A stretch of 64,000 bases of DNA, from NCBI GenBank assembly GCA_963842085.1, contig CAWJET010000001.1, forward strand, positions 1,376,001 to 1,440,000. Reading direction: 5' to 3'. Source of the DNA: an uncultured delta proteobacterium. GTDB lineage: Bacteria > Desulfobacterota > Binatia > Binatales > Binataceae. Positions within the stretch are counted from its first letter, which is position 1, and every line of letters starts with the position of its first letter. The position numbers and the translations under genes were made by a program. The notes beneath the pieces were generated by a model. It saw only the letters and a program-made list of their open reading frames with translations, was not told the DNA's origin and did not search any database. This document shows, in pieces, positions 9,555 through 19,277 of this stretch.

Positions 9555-9627
9555 GGTTTTCCTCCGAATGAAATCGTCGTGAGCATCCGCGGACGCTGTC
9601 CGCACTTTCCTTTAGACCGGAACGGTC

Positions 9628-10488
9628 TCACGGCGCAAATCTGGAAAGCAGACTGATCGAGCCCGGGTGCCCGTCGATTCGCACGCCGCGCGCAATCGCG
9701 CCCTCACGCTCAAGGCGCCGTGCCGCCACTTCTACCAGCGCAGCGTCGATGCCGAGCAACCGCGCGACCGCGCGCTCATTGCCGAACGCAGCGGTCTCGA
9801 AATATTTTGCGACGATCAAATATGCCGCCTCTTTGCGCGTGAGCGTCCGGGCCTCGGCAATCGCGTCGGGCCATCGATGCTCCATCGTGTCCCACACGTA
9901 GCTGAACGGGTCCGCGCGCTCGTCCACTTTCAGCGCGAGAAATTTCTCCTGCAGCTCGGCCATCGCCCGATCGAACACCGCGCGCCGCGACGGTTGCGCG
10001 TAGCCGCTCGCGAGCTTCAGCACGCGAGTCTCGGCCACGCCGCGCTTGGAGAGGGCGTCCATCACCAGCTTGCCGCAATGCGACAGTCCGCCGCGGAGGT
10101 ACAGCTTTCGGTAGCCGCCCGGCTCGATGCGGAGCCTGAGAAACGCGCCCAGCAACTCGCGCGCGATGAAGCTCGGGCGTCGCGCGATCACTTTGCCGTA
10201 ATAGACCGCGCGGCGCTGCGGCAGCGAGTCCTTGATCCGCCACGTCATCCCGATCGCGTAGTCGTGCTGGATGTGCTCCGGCATCGTGGGTTCGCGCGTC
10301 CCCGCGATCGCCTCGCGCAGGCAGGGCACGCCCATTCCGGCGGTGAATCCGGTGCAGAATCCGACCTCGTCGATAAATTTGAGCGCGCTTTTCTCGCCGG
10401 CCACGCGCCGCGACGCCACGCGCCGGAAGTGAAAGTCGCGATGACGCTCGAGCGCGTCGAGCATACGGCTGCGAGCTCCGTCCACCAC
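9628..10488 (-). CDS. AlkZ-related winged-helix protein (putative DNA crosslink repair glycosylase family)
   Basis: A..FIDEVGFC, P.L.EAI, W..KD.L, YYGK pattern typical of AlkZ-related proteins. Confidence 0.55.
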   Translation of the reverse strand: MVDGARSRMLDALERHRDFHFRRVASRRVAGEKSALKFIDEVGFCTGFTAGMGVPCLREAIAGTREPTMPEHIQHDYAIGMTWRIKDSLPQRRAVYYGKVIARRPSFIARELLGAFLRLRIEPGGYRKLYLRGGLSHCGKLVMDALSKRGVAETRVLKLASGYAQPSRRAVFDRAMAELQEKFLALKVDERADPFSYVWDTMEHRWPDAIAEARTLTRKEAAYLIVAKYFETAAFGNERAVARLLGIDAALVEVAARRLEREGAIARGVRIDGHPGSISLLSRFAP

Positions 10489-10602
10489 GCGCGATGGTAG
10501 CGCTGGCGCCGATGTACGGTAAACCGTCAGGAGAATACGGCGTGATGATCGTTACGAAACCGGCTATGCTGTGAGATATTGAACAGGGCGCGGCAATCGG
10601 GA

Positions 10603-10839
10603 ATGAAGACAAAGCAGAGCAGGAAGCGACCTGCGGAGGAAATAGTCTTCTCGGTCGAGGAATCGCCCGAGGGCGGTTTCGAGGCGCACGCCTTGGGGCA
10701 TTCCATTTTCACACAAGCCGACACCCCCGACCAGTTACGCGCGATGGTTCAAGACGCGGTCCGCTGCCACTTCGAAGACACTGACCGTCCTCGTGTAATT
10801 CGCCTGCATTGGGTGAAGGACGAAGTGCTTCCGGCTTGA
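10603..10839 (+). CDS. hicB: HicB-like antitoxin
   Basis: EIVFSVEESPEGGFEAHALGHSIFTQADT...DAVRCHF; coupled to a hicA-like gene. Confidence 0.75.
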   Translation: MKTKQSRKRPAEEIVFSVEESPEGGFEAHALGHSIFTQADTPDQLRAMVQDAVRCHFEDTDRPRVIRLHWVKDEVLPA

Positions 10840-11081
10840 GACTGCCGCGCGACCTGTCGGGAGCGGAGCTCGCCCGTTTGCTTCGCCGGTACGGTTACGA
10901 AGTAAGCAGACAGACCGGCAGCCACCGTCGCCTTACCTCCACGATGATGGGAACCGAACATCGCGTGACGATTCCGGCACACAAGGATTTGAGACTCGGT
11001 ACCTTGGGATCGATCTTGAGCAACGTGGCAGACTACCTGAACAAGGATCGTGAAAATCTAGCTGACGAACTATTCGGCTGA
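10836..11081 (+). CDS. hicA: HicA-family toxin (mRNA interferase)
   Basis: LPRDLSG.EL..LL..YGY...RQTGSH, VTIPAHKDLRLGTL; TTG start overlapping the upstream TGA. Confidence 0.85.
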   Translation: MRLPRDLSGAELARLLRRYGYEVSRQTGSHRRLTSTMMGTEHRVTIPAHKDLRLGTLGSILSNVADYLNKDRENLADELFG

Positions 11082-11103
11082 TATGAGGGCCTCAGCCGCG
11101 CCG

Positions 11104-12426
11104 TCATCCCGGGATTCGCTCGACACAGTCTGCGAAGATTCGGCGGTAGTTGGTCTTCACGGCGAGGCCGCGCGTGATTCCCTCAAGCCCGATCAGCGCG
11201 CGAATCAAAAACACGCTGTGGGCGGGAGATTTGTACAACCGATTCTCCAGCGCAAGCTCGCCGACCTTCGCCGCCTTGCCGACCGTATCGTAGTCGAGCG
11301 GATCGACGGCGCGATCGACCCTCATCGGCTCGAACAGGATGTGAATAATTCGGACCATCGGCGCCGCATCCTGGGTGCGATCGAGATAACCCAGCTTGAC
11401 CATCGCGGCTGCCAGCGATTTGTCGTCGCCGCTCAAAATCGCGCGCGCGACTTGCAGGTTCGCCTTGCGCACCGGTTCCGGGAAGCGCCGGATCGAACCG
11501 AAGTCGAGCACGCCCAGGCGCGGATGATGACTCACCAAATAGTTGCCCGGATGAAAATCGGTGTGCAGCATCCCGAACTCGAGAATTTGCCGCCACGCGA
11601 ACTCGTGAATCTTGATCGCGACCCATTGGCGCAGCTCGAAATCGACCTCGGGACCCATCACGTCGGCCAGCGGATAGCCGTCGACGTACGTCATCGTCAG
11701 CACGCGCCGCGAACTCAGCTCCTTGACGAAGTGCGGAATCATGATTTCGGAATCCGCGCCGAGATGGCGGCCGAACTCGGTCATGTTGCGCGCTTCGTTG
11801 ACGTAGTCGAGCTCTTCGCGCAGGCGCTGCTCGAGTTCCTTGTACACCGCGGCGGTGTCGATTTGCTGGCGCATCACGTCATGGCCGAGCGCCTGCAACG
11901 TCCGCAGCAGCAATTTGAGATTCTGCAGATCCTGCTCGACGGTATCCTCGACGCCGGGGTACTGAATCTTCACCGCCACGTCTACACCTTCGCGGGTGAC
12001 GGCGCGATGCACCTGGCCGAGCGAGGCGGCGGCAAACGCGGTCTGGTCGAAACTTCTGAAGAGCGCTTCGGGCCGCCTGCCAATCTCGCGGCGAATCTGC
12101 TCGGAGATGGTCGCGTAGTTCATCGGCGGCACGCTCGATTGCGTCGCGCGGAGCACGTCGAGCGCCTCGCCCGGCAGGAGGTCCTTGCGAATCGAGAGCA
12201 TCTGGATCAGCTTCATGAACGCGCCGCGAAGCTGCTGGGAGCTCTCGACAATGCGCTGCGCGTTGCGGATGTGAGTCTCGAGCAGGTCGCGCTCGCGCGC
12301 GGGCGCGCTCAGAAACGGCCGCCGCAGTTGGTTCCACAGGTAGCTTGAGCCGACCTGCGACGCGAGCTCGCCCATCTTGATCGCGCGGCGCGCGCGCCCG
12401 CTGGTGATTGAGGTGCGTTTCGCCAT
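11104..12426 (-). CDS. ABC1/UbiB/AarF family atypical kinase
   Basis: AAASLGQVHRA, VAVKIQYPG, ELDY..EA, HTDFHPGN, LDFG. Confidence 0.93.
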   Translation of the reverse strand: MAKRTSITSGRARRAIKMGELASQVGSSYLWNQLRRPFLSAPARERDLLETHIRNAQRIVESSQQLRGAFMKLIQMLSIRKDLLPGEALDVLRATQSSVPPMNYATISEQIRREIGRRPEALFRSFDQTAFAAASLGQVHRAVTREGVDVAVKIQYPGVEDTVEQDLQNLKLLLRTLQALGHDVMRQQIDTAAVYKELEQRLREELDYVNEARNMTEFGRHLGADSEIMIPHFVKELSSRRVLTMTYVDGYPLADVMGPEVDFELRQWVAIKIHEFAWRQILEFGMLHTDFHPGNYLVSHHPRLGVLDFGSIRRFPEPVRKANLQVARAILSGDDKSLAAAMVKLGYLDRTQDAAPMVRIIHILFEPMRVDRAVDPLDYDTVGKAAKVGELALENRLYKSPAHSVFLIRALIGLEGITRGLAVKTNYRRIFADCVERIPG

Positions 12427-13196
12427 CAGCGGCCGTCGCGCTCGATTCCCACCCGGTTGATCAGCGTGGCCGCCAGCGCCGCGCCGAAGCCATTGTCGAT
12501 GTTGACGACGGTTACGCCGCTCGCGCACGAATTGAGCATCCCCAGCAGCGCCGCCAGCCCGCCCATCGACGCACCGTAGCCGACGCTGGTCGGCACGGCG
12601 ATCACGGGCTTGTCCACCAACCCCGCGACGACCGAGGGCAGCGCGCCTTCCATCCCGGCGACGACGATCAGCACGCTCGCCTCGCGAATCAATTCGAGGT
12701 TCGCGGTCAGGCGATGAATTCCGGCGACACCAACGTCGTAAAAACGCGCGACGCGATTGCCGAACAGCTCGGCGCAGAGCGCGGCCTCCTCGGCGACCGG
12801 AATGTCGGAAGTGCCCGCGCTCAGCACCGTCACGACGCCGTGTCCCGACGGCTTCACGCGCTCCTTCACCACCGCCCCGATGCGCGCATCCGGATGGTAC
12901 ACCAGTGCACGAATTTTGCGCTTGACGGTTCGCGCTTTGTCCGCGTCGAGCCGCGTGATGATGAGATTCGTGCCTGACGCGAGCACGCGCCGTCCAATCG
13001 CCGCGAGCTGAGCAGCGCTCTTACCCTCGCCAAAAACCACTTCCGGAACCCCGCGCCGGACGCTGCGGTGATTGTCGAGCTTGGCGAAGCCAAGATCCTC
13101 GAACGGCAGCTCGCGGAGGTGCTTGAACGCCACCCCGGGAGTCATGCTGCCCGCGGCCACAACGTCGAGGATTTGTCGGATTCGCTTTTCGGTCAT
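12426..13196 (-). CDS. larB: Nickel pincer cofactor biosynthesis protein LarB
   Basis: PEVVFGEGK, AGTSDIPVAEEA, DVGVAGIHRL, AGMEGALPSV, PTSVGYG, VNIDNGFGAA. Confidence 0.93.
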   Translation of the reverse strand: MTEKRIRQILDVVAAGSMTPGVAFKHLRELPFEDLGFAKLDNHRSVRRGVPEVVFGEGKSAAQLAAIGRRVLASGTNLIITRLDADKARTVKRKIRALVYHPDARIGAVVKERVKPSGHGVVTVLSAGTSDIPVAEEAALCAELFGNRVARFYDVGVAGIHRLTANLELIREASVLIVVAGMEGALPSVVAGLVDKPVIAVPTSVGYGASMGGLAALLGMLNSCASGVTVVNIDNGFGAALAATLINRVGIERDGR

Positions 13197-14482
13197 CGCC
13201 GCTTGAGGAGCTCAGGGCGGAGCGGATGCGCAAGTGTCAGCACCAGTTCGCGGACCGCCCGTGCGTCGCTGCGCGTGACGGTGATCGTCAAATCGCCCTC
13301 GATCAATTTCTCACCGGGCTTGGGAATATGCCCGAGCCGTTCGACCACCAATCCGCCGATGGTAGCATACTCATCCGCCTCCGAAAGCTTGAGGCCGAAA
13401 CGCTCGTTCAGTTCCGTTATCGGCGCGCGTCCGAGCACGGAGAGCACGCGCGGACTGACTATCCTGGCCAACTCCTCGCCAAGGTCGTGTTCGTCCTCGA
13501 TATTGCCGACGATCTCCTCGATCAGATCTTCGAGCGTCAGAATTCCGGCCGAGCCGCCATACTCGTCGACGATCACGGCCAGATTCTCCCCGGTGCGTTG
13601 CATCGCGACCAGCGCCTCGTCGAGCGGCATCGATTCGGGAAAATAGCTGACCGGCCGCATGATGTCGCTCACCGGACGGCTGAGATCGGGCGCCTGCAGG
13701 AGATCGAAGACGTGAACGACGCCGACGATGTCGGTGATGCGACGCCGGAACACCGGGATGCGGCTGAAGCCTTCGCGGCGTACGGTTTCGATCGCGGCCG
13801 CAAGCGAGGTTTCCTCCGGCACCGCGTCAACTCCCACCAGCGGCACCATCGCCTTGCGTGCATCGGCCTGCGAGAAGCGAAAAATTCGGCTGATCATCAG
13901 CTGCTCGGCTGGCAGGATGGCGTCGAGCTGCGGTTGCTCGGCTGCGTCGCTCGGGCGCCGCCGCATCAAGCGCGCCAGGTCATCGCGGCTCAGGAACACG
14001 CTCTCGGCGTCGGCCGGCACGCCCGCAAGCCGGCGGAGCAACCTGCTCATCACGGTCTCCGCACCAAGCAGCGGCGCCAGCACGGTCGCAAGAAAACGCA
14101 GCGGCCGCGCCGCGAACAGCGCAAACGCGTGCGGATTTGCAAGCGTCAGCAGCTTCGGTATCGCCTCGCCAAGCACCAGCGTAATGGGGGTCAGCATAAA
14201 CGGCGCCAGATAAACGAGGTGCGGGCCGATTTGATGCAGGAAGCTGGTGAGCACGACCGCCGCGACCACGGTGGCGAGGTTGGTGCCGGTAAGAGTGAGC
14301 GCCAGCAAGCGATCGCGATTGGCCAGCAATTCGCCGAGCACCCGCGAGCGAGCGTGTCCCGCTTCGCTGCCGGCGCGAACTTTCAAATCGTCGGCGGAGA
14401 CCAGCGCGATCTCCGAGGCGGCGAAAAACGCCTGCACCGCAAGACATCCGATCAGCGCGACGACGAGCCAGACCACCATCAT
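13193..14482 (-). CDS. CNNM/CorB (HlyC/CorC, DUF21-CBS-CorC) transporter
   Basis: FFAASEIAL, GEAIPK, FSRIPV, VDEYGG, EDLIEEIVGNIEDEHD. Confidence 0.9.
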   Translation of the reverse strand: MMVVWLVVALIGCLAVQAFFAASEIALVSADDLKVRAGSEAGHARSRVLGELLANRDRLLALTLTGTNLATVVAAVVLTSFLHQIGPHLVYLAPFMLTPITLVLGEAIPKLLTLANPHAFALFAARPLRFLATVLAPLLGAETVMSRLLRRLAGVPADAESVFLSRDDLARLMRRRPSDAAEQPQLDAILPAEQLMISRIFRFSQADARKAMVPLVGVDAVPEETSLAAAIETVRREGFSRIPVFRRRITDIVGVVHVFDLLQAPDLSRPVSDIMRPVSYFPESMPLDEALVAMQRTGENLAVIVDEYGGSAGILTLEDLIEEIVGNIEDEHDLGEELARIVSPRVLSVLGRAPITELNERFGLKLSEADEYATIGGLVVERLGHIPKPGEKLIEGDLTITVTRSDARAVRELVLTLAHPLRPELLKRR

Positions 14483-15693
14483 CGATGCAACCTCACCAGC
14501 TCGACGGCCGCGCCGCGCACGCGCTCGATGGTGGCATCGAATTCTCCGAGTCTCAGCTTCTCGCCCGCGCGCGGCACGCGTCCCAGCCTGCGCAGAATCA
14601 GGCTGCTCAGCGTCTTGCCGCCGCCATAGACTTCGATTACACGGGCCGGAGCGAGCGCATCCGCCAGCTTGCCCAGCGCGACCGCGCCCGACGCCGCCCA
14701 TTCGTCGTCGGATATCTTCGTGAGCTCGGGAACTTCGGTGTCGAACTCGTCGCGAATCTCGCCGAACAGTTCCTCGAGCAGATCTTCGAGCGTGACCAGG
14801 CCAAGCAGGCGGCCGTACTCGTTGACCACCAGCGCGATCTGGAAGCGCCCGCGGCGCATCTCGTCAAACAAATCGGCCAGCAGCTTGCCCGGCGGGATAA
14901 AATAGGCCGGCCGCACCAGGCGCTCGACGCGCGGCGGCGACGGGTCCAGGCGGCGCGCTGCGAGATCCTTGGCGTGCAGGATTCCGACAATATTGTCCTG
15001 GCTGTGGCGATAGACCGGCACCCGCGAGAAGCTTTCGTGCGCGATTTCCGCCACCAGCTGCGCCACCGGCATCTCGATGTCGAGCGAGAAAATCCGCTCC
15101 CGCGGCGTCATTACCTCGGCCGCGCGGCGCGCACCGAAGTCGAACACGCGATGAATCATCGCACGCTCGGCGGGCTCAACCTGTCCCTGGTTCTCGCCGA
15201 GCCTGAGCAGCGTCTTGAATTCAGCCTCGGAAACCGGTTCCGGGCGCGGGGCCTGCTCGAGCGGCGTGAAATGCCGCGCGAACGGATGAACGAAATCGGC
15301 GAGCACGGCCAGCGGCCGCGCCGTGAGCCACGCGAGCGCGGCCGGAAACCCAAGCGCGAAGGTCTTGGGCGTAATGTCGCAGAATAAAAGTACGATCAGC
15401 AGCATGGCCGGCGCCGCGACGATCGGGCCCCATTGGTCGCCGAGCCACGCCAGCAGAATTATCGTCGCCAGGCAGTCGGCGAAGATGTTGCAGGCTTCGT
15501 TCAGCCCGAGGATGACAATCAACGACTCGAGCGGCCGGCGCATCAGGCGGTCGAGCGCGTGCTGCACTGACAGGCTCATCTGCTCGCGCGTGTGCTCCAA
15601 TCGCGCCATCGAGAACAGCGCGGTCTCGGAGGCGGCCAGCGTGGCGCTCAGCACGATAAGGATCAGGACCGCAAGAGGCAGGATGGACATCAT
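14479..15693 (-). CDS. CNNM/CorB (HlyC/CorC) transporter, second paralog
   Basis: AASETALFS, DITPKT, FSRVPVY, VNEYG, EDLLEELFGEIRDEFD. Confidence 0.9.
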   Translation of the reverse strand: MMSILPLAVLILIVLSATLAASETALFSMARLEHTREQMSLSVQHALDRLMRRPLESLIVILGLNEACNIFADCLATIILLAWLGDQWGPIVAAPAMLLIVLLFCDITPKTFALGFPAALAWLTARPLAVLADFVHPFARHFTPLEQAPRPEPVSEAEFKTLLRLGENQGQVEPAERAMIHRVFDFGARRAAEVMTPRERIFSLDIEMPVAQLVAEIAHESFSRVPVYRHSQDNIVGILHAKDLAARRLDPSPPRVERLVRPAYFIPPGKLLADLFDEMRRGRFQIALVVNEYGRLLGLVTLEDLLEELFGEIRDEFDTEVPELTKISDDEWAASGAVALGKLADALAPARVIEVYGGGKTLSSLILRRLGRVPRAGEKLRLGEFDATIERVRGAAVELVRLHR

Positions 15694-15702
15694 CGCTTCA
15701 AT

Positions 15703-16707
15703 CTAGCCGCGCGAGCGCAGCTGATCCCATCCTGCGACAACGGGCGCGCTATCTCCAATCACCTTCAGGCGCTTGCCCCGAACGATCCGGCCGATTCGCC
15801 GCACCCCGACACGCAAGCGGCGCGACAATGCGGCTTCGCTGTGGCCGGGCCTAGCGCAGAAGACCAGTTCGTAATCTTCGCCGCCCGTCAGCGCGTGCAC
15901 CAGATTGCCGCCCATCAGCGCACGGTACGCCGGCGAGAGCGGGATTCGAGACGTGTCGATTTCCGCGCCGACTCCGCTGCGTTCGAGGATGTGACCCAGG
16001 TCCTGCATGAGTCCGTCGCTGACGTCGATCGCAGCCGGCGCGGGCCGGAGCGCCGCCAGGCGTTGCCCGGCATACAGCCGCGCGGTCGGACGGATAAATC
16101 GCTCGACCAGATATTTCCTCGCCGCGCGATCTCTTTTCGCATTACCTCTCACCTTCAGCTTGCCGGCCAGGATGCGCCAGCCGAGCGCCGCATCGCCGAG
16201 CGTGCCGGTCACGAAGATCTCGTCGCCCGGACGCGCCGCGTCTCGTCGCATCACACCGGGTCCGACTTCGCCGAGCACAGCGATCGTGATCGACAGCTCG
16301 CGCGCGCGGGTAATATTGCCGCCCACGATGTCGGTCGCGGCTTCGCGCGCGGCATTGCGCAGACCGGCGTAGATTCCGTCGAGCGTCGATGCCGTGATTC
16401 CGTCGCGCACGGCCAGGTTCACGACGCAGGCGGTCGGATGCCCGCCCATCGCCGCGATGTCGCTCAGGTTGACCGCGAGCGCGCGCGCGCCAAGCGCTTG
16501 CGGCGGGCACCAGCGCAGATCGAAGTGGACATTTTCGACCATGCTGTCGATTGTAAACAGCGTCTGACCGCGTGGGCGTGAGATAATCGCACAATCGTCG
16601 CCGGCGCCTAGAACCGTGCGGCGGCTGAGACGGATTCCCGCGCTCAGTCGCGCGATCAGTTCGAATTCGCTCAAATGTTTGCCGGACGCGTCGGGCAGCT
16701 TGCTCAC
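15703..16707 (-). CDS. thiL: Thiamine-monophosphate kinase
   Basis: SEFELI, GDDCA, VHF, NLSDIAAMG, DVSDGL, GGEDYEL; GTG start at 16707. Confidence 0.95.
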   Translation of the reverse strand: MSKLPDASGKHLSEFELIARLSAGIRLSRRTVLGAGDDCAIISRPRGQTLFTIDSMVENVHFDLRWCPPQALGARALAVNLSDIAAMGGHPTACVVNLAVRDGITASTLDGIYAGLRNAAREAATDIVGGNITRARELSITIAVLGEVGPGVMRRDAARPGDEIFVTGTLGDAALGWRILAGKLKVRGNAKRDRAARKYLVERFIRPTARLYAGQRLAALRPAPAAIDVSDGLMQDLGHILERSGVGAEIDTSRIPLSPAYRALMGGNLVHALTGGEDYELVFCARPGHSEAALSRRLRVGVRRIGRIVRGKRLKVIGDSAPVVAGWDQLRSRG

Positions 16708-18014
16708 GGCGTGCGCGCTTTCGTTGGTTGCGCCTGCAGCGGGAATTCCGCGACGAGCGTAAGTCCCCGACGGCCGTCGGTGAACCGCGCCTCGGTCCGG
16801 CCTCCCGCCGCTTCCGCCATCGCCCGCGCGATATACAGTCCGAGTCCGCGCGCCGTGCTGCGATCGCCGTTTCGGCTTGGGCGCTGGAACAGCCCCTCGC
16901 GCTCGGCCGCTGAAAGCGACGGGCCGTTGTCGGTGACCTCGATCGCGATCGCTTCGTTTCGCACCCCCGCGCGCAGCCAGACCTCGCCGGTCGCCGTCCT
17001 TCCGATCGCATAGGCGAGCATGTTTCTCACGATCCGTTCGAAATGCCGGCGGTCGAGTTTGCACGCCGGCAGCCGCGCGATCTCGACCCGCAGATTCAGG
17101 CGCCGCCGCTGCGCCTGCAGCGCACAATCCTCCGCGACTTCGCGGAGCACCTGGTTCGTATCCAGTTCGACTGGCGCCGGGATGATGGCCTCGTCCTGCG
17201 CCTCGTAGTAGTCCAGCACGTTGCTCACCACCAGGTCCATGTTCCACGCAGTCGAGCCGATCCGTCCGAGCAGGTCTGTCCGTTCCTTCGCGCTCATGTC
17301 CGATTCCTCGAGCAGGCTGACGTAGCCGCTCAGCGCCGCGACCGGGCTGCGGATGTCATGCGCCATCGTGGCGATCTGCGTCTGCCGAAACCGCGCCGCT
17401 TCCTCGAGATCCTCTACCTGTTTCTTGAGGCGCCGGCGGTATCGTTCGATGAAGATCGCCGTGTATTGCGCGAAGATTAACGCCGCGGCGAGCCCCATCC
17501 ATCGGTACATCCCGTATGGCGTTTCGATCGGCACGAAATATTCGCCCGCCGCGTAGCCCAGAACCGCCGTGAGCGCCATCGCGAACTGCCAGCGCGTGCC
17601 CCAGCTCACGAACGCCGCGGTTGCCAGCGGACACAACATGATCGCGACGAAGCGTGACTCGGGGTCTCCTGTCGCCCGGCTGATCACGATGAACATCGCG
17701 ATCAGAAACACGTTGTAGACCAGGATCCAGAATCTCCAACGCCGCCTGAAAGCGCGCGTCCAGACCAGGCCGAAGAACAGGCAGGTGGCTCCCAGGATCA
17801 GCCAGTGCGGCCCTGTCCCCGGCGCATTCGTTCCGCGCACATGCTGATCGTACGCAAGGTACGCCAGCAGCATGAAGATTCCGAGCGCACCGCCAAGCTT
17901 CAGGACTCGCAGCGATTCCTCGTCATCTTCGGTCCAGCTGAAGTCCGAAGTGGCGCGGCCGGGCTCGTTATACGTTCGCCCGTATGAGCCGTTGTCTTTG
18001 CTTTCCTCCGCCAA
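16704..18014 (-). CDS. Membrane sensor histidine kinase with degenerate N-box
   Basis: About 6 TM helices, AHDIRSP, DNGP, GLGLYIA; N-box reads NMLAYAIG. Confidence 0.85.
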   Translation of the reverse strand: MAEESKDNGSYGRTYNEPGRATSDFSWTEDDEESLRVLKLGGALGIFMLLAYLAYDQHVRGTNAPGTGPHWLILGATCLFFGLVWTRAFRRRWRFWILVYNVFLIAMFIVISRATGDPESRFVAIMLCPLATAAFVSWGTRWQFAMALTAVLGYAAGEYFVPIETPYGMYRWMGLAAALIFAQYTAIFIERYRRRLKKQVEDLEEAARFRQTQIATMAHDIRSPVAALSGYVSLLEESDMSAKERTDLLGRIGSTAWNMDLVVSNVLDYYEAQDEAIIPAPVELDTNQVLREVAEDCALQAQRRRLNLRVEIARLPACKLDRRHFERIVRNMLAYAIGRTATGEVWLRAGVRNEAIAIEVTDNGPSLSAAEREGLFQRPSRNGDRSTARGLGLYIARAMAEAAGGRTEARFTDGRRGLTLVAEFPLQAQPTKARTP

Positions 18015-18077
18015 TCAGGTTCCCCCCGATCTTTTCCCGCGCCGGTTATCGAAAACCATCTCCCGAATAGCGTGACC

Positions 18078-19277
18078 TCAGCGCCGGATTTCATCAAGCG
18101 CTTTCTTCATCGCGCTCAATGCAAAGTCGACCTCGTCCGGCCTGATCGTCAGCGCCGGCGCTAGCCGGACAACGTCGTCCGCGTTCAGCGTCCAGTTCAC
18201 GACCACCCCGCGCGCCAGCGTCGCCGCAACGAAGCGCCGCGCCAGCGCCGCGTCGCGAAACTCGATACCCACGATCAGCCCGAGCCCGCGCACCGCCGCG
18301 ATTTCCGGCGCGCGCATCTCCAGCAGTCGCCGCACCAGCTCCTTGCCAATCGTCGCGGCGCGCTCATGCAGGCGCTCGCGCACGATCGCGTTCAGGGCTG
18401 CTAGTCCGGCCGCGCACGAAAGCGGATGGCCGCCGAAGGTCGTGATGTGCCCGAGCGGCGGATCGTGCGAGAGCGTGCCAAGCAGCTCGTCACGGCTGCA
18501 CAACGCGCCCAGCGGCAGACCGCCGCCGAGTGCCTTGGCCATCACCACGATGTCAGGCACCACGCCAAAGTGCTCGAGCGCAAACATCCTGCCGGTGCGG
18601 CCAAAGCCCGTCAGCACCTCGTCGAAAATCAGCAGCGCGCCGGCGCTGTCGCATCGTTCACGAAGCGCGCGGATGAATCCCATCTCCGGGATGCGCACGC
18701 CGCCCTCAGCCTGCACCGGCTCGACGACCACCGCCGCGATCGTCGAATCGATTTTCTCAAGCGCCGCTACGTTACCGAACGGCAGATGCCGCACCGGCCC
18801 GGGCAGGGCGCCAAACGGCTCGCGCATCGCGCGATTTCCAGCCAGCGCGAGCGCGCCCATCGTGTCGCCGTGATAGGCGCCGTCGAACGCGACGAATCCG
18901 GCGCGTCCGGTGAACTTGCGCGCCACCTTCAGCGCGCATTCGATCGCTTCCGCCCCGCTGTTGGTGAAATACACACGCTCGAGCGGCCGCGGGAGAAGCT
19001 CGACCAGCCGCCGCGCCAGCATAACCTGGCTCTCGATCACATACTCGCCGTATACCATAACGTGCAGATGGCGACGCGCCTGCTGTGCAATCGCGTCGAG
19101 CACTTCGGGATATCCGTGGCCCAGCGCCGACACTCCAATTCCCGCGATGAAATCGAGATAGCGCCGCCCGTCCGACGCGATCAGCCACGAACCCTCGGCG
19201 CGCGATATCTCCAATCCGATCGGTGCGCCGGAAGTCTGCGCCAGGTACTGGCGGAAATAATCGCCGAGTTGACTCAT
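18078..19277 (-). CDS. Class III PLP aminotransferase (ArgD/PatA-like)
   Basis: SGAEAIE, YHGDT, EPVQAEGG, FDEVLTGFGRTG, AKALGGGLP, TTFGGHP. Confidence 0.93.
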   Translation of the reverse strand: MSQLGDYFRQYLAQTSGAPIGLEISRAEGSWLIASDGRRYLDFIAGIGVSALGHGYPEVLDAIAQQARRHLHVMVYGEYVIESQVMLARRLVELLPRPLERVYFTNSGAEAIECALKVARKFTGRAGFVAFDGAYHGDTMGALALAGNRAMREPFGALPGPVRHLPFGNVAALEKIDSTIAAVVVEPVQAEGGVRIPEMGFIRALRERCDSAGALLIFDEVLTGFGRTGRMFALEHFGVVPDIVVMAKALGGGLPLGALCSRDELLGTLSHDPPLGHITTFGGHPLSCAAGLAALNAIVRERLHERAATIGKELVRRLLEMRAPEIAAVRGLGLIVGIEFRDAALARRFVAATLARGVVVNWTLNADDVVRLAPALTIRPDEVDFALSAMKKALDEIRR

